NCBI GenBank assembly: GCA_950097015.1
Contig: CATNEN010000007.1
Coordinates: forward strand, 7,812,001-7,876,000
Source of the DNA: Macrostomum hystrix
Taxonomy: Eukaryota > Animalia > Platyhelminthes
DNA length: 64,000 nucleotides
Reading direction: 5' to 3'
Shown here: positions 24,821-36,349 of the stretch, in pieces
Numbering within the stretch: the first letter of the stretch is position 1
Layout of the letters: each line of letters begins with the position of its first letter
Program-made: the position numbers and the translations under genes
The notes under the pieces: generated by a model
What the model saw: the letters and a program-made list of their open reading frames with translations, nothing else
What the model was told of the DNA's origin: nothing
Database searches by the model: none

Positions 24821-27195
24821 TCAGCACAGCTCATCGTCGAAGATCACCGGCACGTGGCTGGTGGCCACCACCAGCGGGTCGGCCAGCATGCAGTCGCCGC
24901 TGTCCACCGATCGTCCAGTCGGCCTTCGCCATCGGGACCTCCTGACCGCTGCGGTGAAGTCCCCCGCCGTCGTCGAGGACGCGGTTGTGGCGGAGACTGC
25001 CGCAGCCGATCTGCGGTAGAGGCAGCAGGCGGCGAGGAGGGCAGCCAGAAGGCAGGCGGCCACGGCCAGCAAGGACAGCACCAGCGCCAGGAACAGCCCA
25101 TCTGAGCTGCCGGCTGGTGATGACGAGGCAGCGGCCGCCGGCTGCGGCTTGGAGGCTGTCGGGGGCATCGGCCAGGCTGCGGGTGATCCGGTCAGGGTGA
25201 GAGGCGAGGCTGTTGAAGGTCTCGGCCAACTCCGAGGGTCGACTCTGCTTAAAAGAGGATTGGAAACTGTTTAACAGCCAATCGGGAGAGTCGATGCCGC
25301 TGAGCAGAAGGGAGGCCAGCGATAGGAAAGCACTCAAATCCGCAAAAGGAAAGCGTTTGCAATTTGCAATGTTTCAAATTGGCTAGTAATTAATTTGCCA
25401 TTGTGCCATAGTCACGAAGCGTACTAGAAATCATAAACCATAAAACAATATTTCATAGAAAGAGCAAAACAATTTTATGGTGGTTCCAGCTGACAGGTTG
25501 CAGTTTAGATCCCAATAGTTTCCATTGTGGGTCGGCAAACCGTATTACCGATGAGATGAGACACTGGAGAGGCCAGGGGCCCGATTTGGGAGCTCTGCGT
25601 GCGGTAGCCGAAATAAGACGACACTCGGCTTACTCAGATGCTGAGTTTAGCTCAAGAGGATTAAAGGAATGAACTCATCGATGATGCGACTCGATATGAG
25701 ATTGCGAAGGATCAGCAAAAGCAGAGAAATATAGAAAAATACTCACTAATTATTTACCTATTTACGCTCGTACTCACTCACTCACTCGTCACTCATGAAC
25801 ATATGAACTCACTCATCAACTCATCAACTCACTCATGAACTCATAAACTCACTCATGAACTCACTCATCAACTCATGAACTCACTCATGAACTCGCTCAT
25901 GAACTCACTCATGAACTCATAAACTCACTCATCAACTCACTCATAAACTCATAAACTCACTCTTGAACTCACTCACAAAACCCATAAACTCACTCATGAA
26001 CTCACTCATGAACTCACTCATCAACTCACTCATAAACTCACTCATGAACTCACTCATGAACTCGCTCATGAACTCACTCATGAACTCATAAACTCACTCA
26101 TGAAATCACTCATCAACTCATGAACTCACTCATGAACTTATGAACTCACTCATGAACTCATCAACTCACTCATAAACTCATAAACTCACTCTTGAACTCA
26201 CTCACAAAACCCATAAACTCACTCATGAACTCACTCATGAACTCACTCATCAACTCACTCATGAACTCACTCATAAACTCACTCATCAACTCACTCATCA
26301 ACTCACTCATGAACTCACTCATGAACTCACTCATGAACTCACTCATGAACTCACTCATGAACTCACTCATGAACTCATGAACTCACTCATCAACTCACTC
26401 ATGAACTCACTCATGAACTCACTCATGAACTCACTCATGAACTCACTCATGAACTCACTCATGAACTTATGATTGTCTTGAAATCGCTCATGAAACTCAT
26501 AAAAGAATCTTACGTCTCAGCTGCTAGAACCAGTCTCGTGAGCTTCTTGACAGAAAATCGGATTGATGAAAGATTTAAACCACTGTTCATGTTCGACTCC
26601 AGAAAATCAATTCCGTGTTTAATAATGCCACGACCGCCTTAGGCAAGTCTCCAGCTCATCGCCCGTCCTACTTTTTGGCCTTGTGAGAATTCGCTTCTCA
26701 AAAACTCGCCCATTTGTCCATAAAATTAATTATTCAGAAACGGAATTCGACATGCAGCTTCCGGGAATTTAATCGACATGAGGCTGGCGAATAATTTGAA
26801 AAAATGCACTATAATTGCTACTCATAATGTGTCAGTAGTGCAGTAGTAATTTAGTAGAAATATATATATTTAATCGGAGCGCAGAATAGAAAAGTGTTAC
26901 TCCAGTTTAACAGCAATGACCTGCTTTCCATGACATCTGGTGCCAGAGGGTCCGGTCCACCATGTGTCCAAAGCGTTAAAACCTGAATTTGTTCAAGGCC
27001 AGCCAGTCTTTGAACTTGTTCGCCGAATTTCGCAATCAATGATCCGAAAGATTCCCAGCTGACTGTTGTATCGAATGCAGCCGCGCAACAAAATTTCCGG
27101 TGTTGTAAGGCATGCGTAAAAAATCGGCGGGCGTTGATTCCGCCTCGGTGATTCCGCTGGCTGCTCACTCTTGCTCCCTCGCTGTTGAGTTCCTG
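24821..27195 (-). CDS. Dystroglycan-like single-pass membrane protein; 3' exons only, 5' end unresolved, possibly degenerate
   Basis: The terminal exon 25244-24821 (aagcag|) encodes TM LFLALVLSLLAVAACLLAALLAACCLYRR and ends HVPVIFDDELC*; compare beta-dystroglycan ...IAMICYRKK...GVPIIFADEL (recalled). Exon 26637-26514 (|gtaag) is phase-compatible. The ORF at 26851-27195 contains HRGGINARRFF and SRSLLLNWSNT, resembling DKGGLSAVDAF and RGSIVVEWTNNT of DAG1. Confidence 0.55.
25790..26470. repeat. 12-bp minisatellite AACTCACTCAT(G/C/A)
   Basis: Seen directly; inside the predicted last intron of the dystroglycan-like gene. Confidence 0.94.
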
Positions 27196-27811
27196 ATTTC
27201 ATCAACCTAAGAAAGGGATGGCGCTTCAATCTGCGTGTACTCGAACAACTCTAGGTTTTTAGAAAGAAAAAAATTTAAGAAATATTTTTTTCGCTTCATA
27301 TTGGCTATTTATTTAACCCATGCGTTTAGCACCCATGGAAAGTGTGCTATGTACTGACACTACGTACAGACCTGGAACTGCCAATCAGCCAATCAGAATC
27401 CAGTGAGAATATTTGAGGTCCCCTTTGCCAGCCAACCATAACTCCTGCATCACTATCAGTTTTCTATTAGCCAAGGCAGAAAACCCTTATAGATATTTCC
27501 TGACCTTGAGGCGCTCTAATTGGCTGGTCTATTTATGTCAATTTCTCTCTCCCACTACGGCTATAATTTTCTCTCCTCTCGCTACTGTGATTGGCTAGCG
27601 GAGGAGGTCAGGACCTTGATTTGTCTAGGGCTTCTGGTGCCTGCATGACAAAAGCAAATAAAAAATAGACCATTAGCTATAGATATGCTATAAATGTCAT
27701 ACGCTATAGATGCTATGTATAGATGTCTATGGCTTCACAGAGCAAGCCTCAAAAATTGTATGCGGAATATTGTGCCAGTAAGTGAGCCTGCCCTTGTTTT
27801 CAACTGATGCC

Positions 27812-27844
<33 letters not shown>

Positions 27845-27874
27845 ACGCTAGCCCCAAAAGTCAGGGAGGCAGCG

Positions 27875-28074
27875 TCAGATAGTGCGCCGCAGAGCCAGCG
27901 CGCGAACATGGTCCGCGCCGGTGGCAGTGTCGGGCGCCCCGGCGTCGCTCAGCAGGCAGTCGACGTAGCGGCGGGTCCGAGCCTGGCCGCGCCTGTACGG
28001 GCCCTGCAGGGTGAGCAGCAGGACGTCCTCGGCGGGCTGGCGGCAGTAGCTCTCGGCCCGAATAACGTGGCCCG
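27875..28074 (-). CDS. Orphan terminal coding-like exon of an unidentified gene
   Basis: Acceptor caactag|, then a GC3-rich open frame GHVIRAESYCRQPAEDVLLLTLQGPY...ALRRTI* in AT-rich flanks. Upstream exons were not found. Confidence 0.4.
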
Positions 28075-28924
28075 CTAGTTGATGCCAACATAATAGTACT
28101 GATCGAGTATTGAGCACAGTGTGAGCCCTGCCCCTACTCAAGGAGTTGCTCCACGCACTCAGGTGACAAATTGCTGCGTTGAAAAGCTGCCGCGTTAAAA
28201 AGCGGCCGCCCGGCTTGCACTCTTGGTCAATAATCGATAATCACTCAAAGCGATGCTCCCAGCCTAAAATTTCCCAATGAGCAAGCTCGCTTAGGAGTGC
28301 CTCATACTTCACTGCTGAGTTCTAATTAGTCAGCTTTGTCAGAACAAAATGGCTTCTATGAAATCTCAGGCTTAAGGACTCTGATTTTAAGCGAGGAGTA
28401 ACACTGAATCTAGAATCCTAGATGACACCCAAGTCCCATTGGAAATGCCTGTCTGGCTTTAGTTTTCGCACAGATATTTTTGTCTGGGCAACAGAGCGAG
28501 CACTTTAATGCTGTAAAAAAAGTTTTAATCCAGACTAATGGAATAGCGGTTTTGTATTCAATCACCAGAGTGCTTGCTTGGGACAGTGCGAAATCTGCCC
28601 CCTGCATATGGGCCTGATAAAAATGGGGGTGCACGCCGATCTCCAAAAAGCCAACAATTTATTGACTTCCTCCGTATCCAAAAAAACATTTTCTTGCTTT
28701 TTTATTGGTTCACTTAACAGTTAGACGTACACTCGTAAAACATGCCACAATAATGTAGCTCATTTATATTTGTCACAATTCGTTTTAGTGATAAATAGAA
28801 GAACAAAGGGGAGCTACAGACAGTCTTTAACAACCAATTAGAAATAAGTGAGAATTATTTTGAGTCTTGTTTCTGATGTCAGCCAATCATAATCGTTTAA
28901 AATGATAGGGATTTATTCCAACTA

Positions 28925-29260
28925 ATCAGAATCAATGAAAGGATAGAGATTCCGACCAACCCTATTTTATTCCAACCAATCGGAATCGATGAAACGGATA
29001 GAGATTCCGACCAACCCTATTTCACTCTAACCAATTGGAATCGATGGAGCGGATAGAGATTCCGACCAACCCTATTTCACTCTAACCAATTGGAATCGAT
29101 GGAGCGGATAGAGATTCCGACCAACCCTATTTCACTCTAACCAATTGGAATCGATGGAGCGGATAGAGATTCCGACCAACCCTATTTCACTCTAACCAAT
29201 TGGAATCGATGGAGCGGATAGAGATTCCCACCAACCCTATTTCATTCCAACCAACCAGAA
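28925..29260. repeat. 55-bp minisatellite, about 6 copies
   Basis: TCGATGGAGCGGATAGAGATTCCGACCAACCCTATTTCACTCTAACCAATTGGAA at 29041, 29096 and 29151, with diverged flanking copies. Confidence 0.93.
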
Positions 29261-30025
29261 CGTACAAAAAGTAGAGAAAAATGCGAATACAGTAAAAATC
29301 TTTAAATCGCGGGTTTTAGATGCTAAAAAAGTGTTGAACAAATTGCTTAGGGATCAGCGTGAAAAAATTTTTTTATGAAAGGAAGTGAAAAACTGAAATA
29401 TGCAAGTTTAAAATCTTTAATGAATGAAATGAACGACCTGAAAATGAATATGAATTTTTCCACACTAGTGACTGTTTTAAAATCTGTCACAGACAGGGCT
29501 GCTTTGATATCGGAGATTCAAAGTCAGACATACTGCCGTTGACAGCAAAACTAATTAATGTAGCATTTTTAATTGAGTCAATAATTGGTTTTCAATGCCA
29601 TTTTTCTAGCCTTGCATTTTCTAGCCTAGCCTGGGATCTTCTTGATCCCAGAAACAGCCACAATGACCTTGAAACGAGTCGAGATGGCCCAGTGTAGCAC
29701 TGCTAACTATGCAGCTGTGGGTCTTCAAATGTGTGAGCTGTAACACACCACTCGGTAAGAATAAGAAAGCTGCTGTTTAACTAGAAGCGATAGAACCATT
29801 CTTTAGCAGTTCCCGTTTGAGTAAACATGCAAGCTGCTCACGGATGCTGGGCTTAGAAGATGGAGTCAAATATTTGAATCGGGGCAGCTGCCATTTTCGC
29901 ACTGAGAGCAAGAGCAAAGAGTGTCAAGAAATCTCACTGCTCAGCCCCTTAAACTTTGAATTGGAGAGCAAATGCCACCTGCTGTGCCATTGCGAAGGAT
30001 TTAAACTGTTAATCCCAAGTCCCAA

Positions 30026-30690
30026 ATCTGGAATAGATTAGGGTTGATCTGGAATAGACTGGGTTGATCTGGAATACTCTGGGTTGATAAGAAATAGATT
30101 GGGTTGATTTGGAATAGACTGGGTTGATCTGGAATAGATTGGGGTTGATCTGGAATAGATTGGGTAGATCTGGAATAGATTGGGTAGATCTGGAATAGAT
30201 TGGGGTTGATCTGGAATAGATTGGGGTTGATCTGGAATAGACTGGGTTGATCTGGAATAGACTGGGTAGATCTGGAATAGATTGGGGTTGATATGGAGAA
30301 GATTGGGTACATCTGGAATAGATTGGGTAAATCTGGAATAGATTAGGGTTGATCTAGAATAGATTGGGGTTGATCTGGAATAGATTGGGGTTGATCTGGA
30401 AAAGACTAGGGTTGATCTGGAATAGATTGGGGTTGATCTGGAAAAGACTAGGGTTGATCTGGAATAGATTGGGGTTGATCTGGAATAGATTGGGGTTGAT
30501 CTGGAATAGATTGGGGTTGATCTGGAATAGATTGGGGTTGATCTGGAATAGATTGGGGTTGATCTGGAATAGATTGGGGTTGATCTGGAATAGATTGGGG
30601 TTGATCTGGAATAGATTGGGGTTGATCTGGAATAGATTGGGGTTGATCTGGAACTGGAATAGATTGGGGTTGATCTGGAACTGGAATAGA
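30026..30690. repeat. 20/21-bp minisatellite GATCTGGAATAGATTGGGGTT, about 31 copies
   Basis: Seen directly. Confidence 0.96.
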
Positions 30691-31556
30691 ATAGTACAAA
30701 GTGGAATGAACTGAAATTTAATTAATGATCCGAACTGATATCCGCAATCATTGCTAACAAACTGCCATGATCCCATCAGAATCCCCAATGCGTATTCCCA
30801 TTGTCCCCTTGTTTCCGCGGCGAGTAGCAGAAAAGCAGTTTAACATCGCGCAGATTCTGCTGCTCTCGGAGGATTAATATCATTTGGCGTGCCGAACTTC
30901 AGCAAGCCCGGCTATAAAAGAATTTTGTGAGCAGCAGAAATTTATGATTTGAGCAAGGCTTGCTCAGCCATGCAAACAGTTTTATTATTCCTCGCAATAA
31001 AGGATTTCCCGCTGGCATTGTCTACCCTGCTGCATGCCTGCTTTTTTAGCCCACTCTCTGCCGATATGCGAGATTGAGAACTGCCTGAGCACACAAGTCA
31101 GGAGCTGTACTCACTGGAAAACAGGATGGCCGTAGCGCGTTGCACCACTCTAGCAAGGCGGATGAAGGCGGATGTCCCTGCTGAGCAGGGCAGGGCAATT
31201 TGACTCGGCGAATTCGCCTATCTAGAGAGGACTTGTTGAGCACACTGCTCACGAGTGCGATGGACTGCAAGCCCGGCGGTCAGAAGATGACAAACGTGTT
31301 GGAAAAAATGACAGGACTTTAACATTGTTACGCATTGTTTTATATCTCTGTAATTTTAGTTTTTTGTATTGCCTTTTAGCCCCAGCTTTATAAGTAATCG
31401 ATAAAGCCAATCAAGCCAATTGAAGAATGCAGTTGCAATGAGTTACATAGGCTAGCTACTCGTAATTGTGCTACTTTGAAGAAGAAAACTGAAGTACAAC
31501 TGTAGTGCTGCAACAATAACCGTAGCAGATTTAATGGCACATAGAACAGTCCTTCA

Positions 31557-31690
31557 TTTGAGTCATTTGAGTCAGTTGAGTCAGTTGAGTCAGTTGAGTC
31601 AGTTTAGTGTCAGTTGAGTCAGTTGAGTCAATTGAGTCAATTTAGTGTCAGTTGAGTCAGTTGAGTCAGTTGAGTCAGTTGAGTCAGTTG
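31557..31690. repeat. 9-bp repeat TTGAGTCAG, about 14 copies, directly 3' of the ENaC stop codon
   Basis: Seen directly. Confidence 0.92.
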
Positions 31691-33619
31691 TCAGATCCGG
31701 GTGCCTCCGGTAGTCAGCTGCTGTGCTGGCGTTGGCTGCTCTGCCATCGGCAGCAGTCGGTCGTCTGCCCAGACGTCGGTGCGGGCGGCATCGCGGCCGA
31801 CATTGACACCGCCATCGCCGTCTATATTGTCACCACCGAAACCGCCGCCGCCGCCGTCGGCGACAACCTCGTTGCCGTGGCTGCCGAAATTGTTGTTTCC
31901 CTGCCGGTGCTGCCGACGATGCGGGAAGCGACCAGCGGCCGACCTCAGCCGGCTGCGCAGGTGCCAGCACAGGCGGATCAGCAGCTCCAGCAGCTCCACA
32001 ATCCAGATGAGGGTCAAGCCGATCCACATGGACAGAAGGCCGCCGATCTGGCTGAGGGTGGACGCCAGGGTGCGCACCGGCTTGTCCCGGATCTGCACCA
32101 CGGCGAAATCCTTCCGCGTCACCTTCAGCGTCAGGAAGCTCTTGGAGATAAGCCCGTGCCGGTTGATCAACTGCGTCGCGGCGTCCTTGTCCTTAGCAGC
32201 CAGGCGCTTGACCTGCAGGTAGAGCTGCTGGATCCGGGCCTCCTCGTGGTGCGCCTGGCTGAGCTGCGGGTCGGTGAGCAGCGAGCTGTTGCCGTCCAGC
32301 ATGAGGCCGGAGTGGCGCCAGAGCTCGCTCTCGAACAGGTGCAGCTGCATGGACTCCCTGGGCCACTGGGCCTGAGTTGTTGAAGTCTCGAATGACAAGG
32401 AGCTGCACGGCTGCGGGCAGCTAGTCTCGACGGAGCGGAACATGCCCAGCAGGCCGCAGCGGCTGCGAATGGCGGCCCGGGCAAGGCCAGACGGCGTGAA
32501 CGTGTTGATGTCGTCGTCCAGGCGTTCGCAGAAGGCCGATGCGTTGGTCGCCGAGTGCGGCAGGAAGGCGAAGGTGCAGCCGCACTGGCGCTCAATCAGC
32601 TCCTGCTGCTGCGCCTTCCGGCAGGCGTCGCGTGAGTAGCCGAACCGGTGGCCGTAGAGTCTGATGTCGTCCTCGACGACGTCCTGGCACTCGCCGTAGG
32701 GGTGCTTCAGCCGGGTCCAGTTGCTGGTGCTAAAGCGCACCTCCGTCAGCGTGCCCGGGTAGACATTGAATCCCTCTTTGGATATGTCCGGGAAGCTGCC
32801 GTTCTCGTGCAGGACAATCCGCGCCCCGGTGATCTGCGTGTTCATGTCCATGGTGATGCAGTCGTCGCAGGGCAGGCCGAGGTCGTGCCCCAGGAACAGG
32901 CGCATCTCCATCTCCACAACGGGGTCTCGAACCCCGGCCCGCGTGGAGTAGGTGAAACAGTTCAGCCGGTTCTGGTCGTGCACGCGGCGCCATTCGCCGA
33001 GAGCGTCGCAGAGCGGACTGCCCACCGGCGGCTCCTTGGAGTCCTCCAGGCTGCGCACAAGCAGGAAGCAGCTGCGGATGAGCTGGTCCTTGGCGAAGCC
33101 AAGATCCGATGGCGAATGCCCGAACGGCAGGTTGGCGAAGTAGCCGTTGAGGGAGAACAGGCCGGGCAGGTACATGGCCACGTGGCGGCGCTCCTTCTCC
33201 GTGAGGTTGAGCTTGTTCACCTCGCGCTTGGCGCCGAGCACCGAGCTCCAGAATCGGCGGGGCGAGCGCCAGCCGCTGCTGTAGATGAGCTTGCGGCCGC
33301 TTACGGACAGCGGGATCTGGTTGCACACCGTGATGGAGGGGAAGGCGGCGTCAGGCCGCAGGTGGCTGACGGGCATTTGCACCACATCGTAGGCCAGGTA
33401 GAGGGACACAATCTGGTGCAGGTTGAACACACAGGCCAGCACCAGGGCGCTGACGAAGCTGAGCCAGAGGGCCCGCAGGAGGCGGCTGTCAGCTGATACG
33501 ATGCGCGGAATGCCCCGTAGGCTGGTGGTGCGGCAGAAGCGCAGCAGGATCTCCTTGGCGGTCTCGTCCGGCTCCGCTGGTGGCGCCGCCGCGGCCAACT
33601 TGCCAGCCGCTGCCGGCAT
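31691..33619 (-). CDS. DEG/ENaC (amiloride-sensitive, FaNaC/ASIC-related) ion channel subunit, single coding exon, about 642 aa
   Basis: Motifs in order: FCRTTSLRGIPRI, TM1, FPSITVCN, NCFTY, GARIVLHE, GFNVYPG, RLKHPYGEC, YSRDAC...CGC, CPQPC, WP, and TM2 LSQIGGLLSMWIGLTLIWIVELLELL. The likely ATG at 33619 follows a pyrimidine tract and tcag acceptor; the ORF is open to 33802. Confidence 0.95.
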   Translation of the reverse strand: MPAAAGKLAAAAPPAEPDETAKEILLRFCRTTSLRGIPRIVSADSRLLRALWLSFVSALVLACVFNLHQIVSLYLAYDVVQMPVSHLRPDAAFPSITVCNQIPLSVSGRKLIYSSGWRSPRRFWSSVLGAKREVNKLNLTEKERRHVAMYLPGLFSLNGYFANLPFGHSPSDLGFAKDQLIRSCFLLVRSLEDSKEPPVGSPLCDALGEWRRVHDQNRLNCFTYSTRAGVRDPVVEMEMRLFLGHDLGLPCDDCITMDMNTQITGARIVLHENGSFPDISKEGFNVYPGTLTEVRFSTSNWTRLKHPYGECQDVVEDDIRLYGHRFGYSRDACRKAQQQELIERQCGCTFAFLPHSATNASAFCERLDDDINTFTPSGLARAAIRSRCGLLGMFRSVETSCPQPCSSLSFETSTTQAQWPRESMQLHLFESELWRHSGLMLDGNSSLLTDPQLSQAHHEEARIQQLYLQVKRLAAKDKDAATQLINRHGLISKSFLTLKVTRKDFAVVQIRDKPVRTLASTLSQIGGLLSMWIGLTLIWIVELLELLIRLCWHLRSRLRSAAGRFPHRRQHRQGNNNFGSHGNEVVADGGGGGFGGDNIDGDGGVNVGRDAARTDVWADDRLLPMAEQPTPAQQLTTGGTRI

Positions 33620-34149
33620 GCCTGACACAGTCGGTGTAGATGTCGAAGGTGAATGTGATGAAGATAAAATTGAAGTGGGACTGAAGGCTGCCCTCAACGG
33701 TGCTGGGCTTAGGCTTTCATAGACTGAGGCTGGAGCCAATGGGGCGGCTCGGCCAGCGGCTCGCATGCATGGCTGTCCCACCCAGCCTCTTGCGCAGCCC
33801 ATCTGTCACGCTGAGCCATGCGGATGAGGGCAATTTCTGGAAAGTTGGAAGTCGGGGCTGGAATGCAGCGGGGTTGTAAGGTAAGAATTGTCCCACGGGA
33901 TCAGGGCTCGACATGGCTGCATTTCTTCCAATTTCTTCTAAAGAATTTCATCTGTAAATTGATTCGTTGGCTTGAAACAGTCCGAGCAGTCAACTGTTTT
34001 TTTTTCAGACCGCATCGTCTTACTTAAAGTCTGTTACTTTAGACTGTAACTTGGGCAGCGGGACAGATAATGGAGATGCTGTCACTTTTTCAATATTCTT
34101 TTCTTTATCATCGAAAGAACGTTTAAAAAGAGATAACGGGGAGGGTTGA

Positions 34150-34250
34150 GTGGCGCCGCGGCAGCGCTAAGCGTTGATCGACTCTTGCAGCAAGGGTCCT
34201 GAGCTCGAATCCATGGCGAGGAGACATTTATTTCGGGTTGTACTCGTAGT
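34150..34250 (+). mobile_element. Diverged tRNA-derived SINE head (family 2)
   Basis: AAGGGTCCTGAGCTCGAATCC B-box variant and downstream TACTCGTAG are shared with the copy at 35386-35550. Confidence 0.4.
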
Positions 34251-35147
34251 CCCTGAGTGCGTGTGTGCCACTAAGTCAATATTGATCACTATGGTTAAAA
34301 ATGAAGTCACATTGAGTGCATTCATGTCTAAATACATTAAATTTCACCCAGTGTCAGCCAGACAATAAATGAAAGCTCAGCAGCAGACTAATGGTGTATA
34401 GCGCGCGGTGGTTTTAGTGGCTGGAATATTAAATACTCAGCCGACAATGGCTCGCTAAAAAATGCGCCAGTGCACTTTCACATGAGGGGCCGACCTTAAA
34501 CACAACCACTTCTAAATCCACTCGTGAGGGGCCTTGCAGTGCGGACGGAACAGTCAACTGTCTGTCTGGCCTGGCAGCACCGCCGATAAATGAAATTAGC
34601 CATTCGAACTGAGCGCTATGCTTTTTTAACGCTCAATCAGAAAACAAATACATAAATCAAGTTGAAAATTCAATTGCAGCTACTAATAGTAGAGTGCGTT
34701 AGAAAGCGGTTAAACGAGGCTTTATGTTTCTCTCTATTTTGAAATATTTGTTAGCTTCATTCTTCAACAATTAATTACGCTGGAAAAGGATGGGCGGTCA
34801 TTGTGAGCAGCGTTTGAGCACAATAACTCTGGTTTTGCTAGACGGACAATTCACAAATTAATGTGACGAAGCAAGCTCGCTGCCTTTAACGGATTGAATA
34901 AATCAAGAGAGAAAGCATTGTGTTCAACAAATTGCTTCTTCAGTTCTTGCGTGCCTGTGAACAAATAAGGTGGGTGAGGACAAAGAGAAAGATAAGGGAT
35001 TCAAGGATTTGGAGATGTGATGGCTGAGACAGCCGATCAAGGATTATGATAGGTTGACTTCAAATCTTATCACTAAAGTTATGAGGAAATCGCAGTTAAC
35101 ATTAATCACATCGAGTTTACGTTAGCAAATTTTCATGAATCCCACCG

Positions 35148-35385
35148 CAGTGTACACTCAGGCAGTGTACACTCAGGCAGTGTACACTCAGGCAGTGTAC
35201 ACTCAGGCAGTGTACACTCAGGCAGTGTACACTCAGGCAGTATACACTCAGGCAGTGTACACTCAGGCAGTGTACACTCAGGCAGTGTACACTCAGGCAG
35301 TGTACACTCAGGCAGTGTACACTCAGGCAGTGTACACTCAGGCAGTGTACACTCAGGCAGTGTACACTCAGGCAGTGTACACTCT
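35148..35385. repeat. 15-bp minisatellite GCAGTGTACACTCAG, about 16 copies, with palindromic core AGTGTACACT
   Basis: Seen directly; contiguous with the 3' part of the family-2 SINE. Confidence 0.96.
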
Positions 35386-35550
35386 CACAGTGCCCTGGAG
35401 GTTGCCCCTCGAGGGCGTAAATGGCCCGATAAGCCCCCTCTCCAGCCTTCTACGAGTATCCGCGACTGAGCTCCAAATTCATGTCGCCCAACCGCGGAAT
35501 CGAGCTCAGGGACCTTGGTGCGACAGGCAGACCGCTCTCACCCCCTAACT
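35386..35550 (-). mobile_element. tRNA-derived SINE (family 2)
   Basis: The minus strand reads CTGCCTGTCGCACCAAGGTCCCTGAGCTCGATTCCGCGG...TTTACGCCCTCGAGGGGC...GTGAGAGTGTACACTGCCT, colinear with 58190-58375. Confidence 0.6.
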
Positions 35551-36349
35551 CCAATATTTTGCATAGTCAGAGCTAATCGCTTGACAACAAAATCATGCCG
35601 CTCAAAACACACTCAACAATTACGCTGTCAACACAGCTTAGATGGATATTTTTAGACCCCCCGACCAGATATTATCCGAGACGCTTCTTGTGGAAAATGG
35701 ATTTATGAGGCCGCATTATCTTCTCCAATCATGCGCAAACAAGCCCTGCCATGTAAGCCGCCCGCTCACTTCCCAACTCTCAAGTCTCATTGTGCCCTGA
35801 GCACTTTCTTTTTTTTTCTACTAGGCTTTTTATCGCAACGATTGTCAAACAATGGGTGGAGGCGGGGTGGGTGGGCAGATAGGGAGGCTGGTTGAGTGCA
35901 GTTTGCGAGGATTTGAGTGGACGGGCGTGGACAGAAATGGGGAGTGCTGAGAAGGGGATCGTCAAACAGGGAGTGGGGTAAAGCGCCTATTGAGAAGGTG
36001 GGGAGAGAATAAGCTGGTTAATAGCGTTGGGGACGTTGGCAACGAGACTGAAATTTTGAGTCGATGGGAGGCTTCGGGGAACTGGGCGAGAGAGCTGATG
36101 TGAGGAGAGTTCGGCGAGTGAGTGGATTAGCAGACAGGGATGGGGATTCTTCATGTTAGCAATTATCGGATAGGCAATCATAATGCCGTCCAGAAGCAGG
36201 GATCACCGCGTAGTAAACGAGATAATTCATTAGATTATGGGCTTTCCTATGAGTGATTATCAGCGCTAATAAATGACTGCATAATAATCGGTATGTGAAT
36301 CAGATTTGCTATAAATAAGTGAATAGGATTATTCGTAACTGAATAGCAT

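Noticed and set aside
31652-33722. Plus-strand ORFs overlapping the ENaC gene (likewise those over CBARP and espin-like exons)
   Set aside because: Antisense shadows of GC3-rich coding sequence.
33620-33802. 61-aa N-terminal extension of the ENaC ORF
   Set aside because: Composition drops to intron/UTR-like and a pyrimidine tract plus AG precedes ATG 33619; the extension is not excluded but is less likely.
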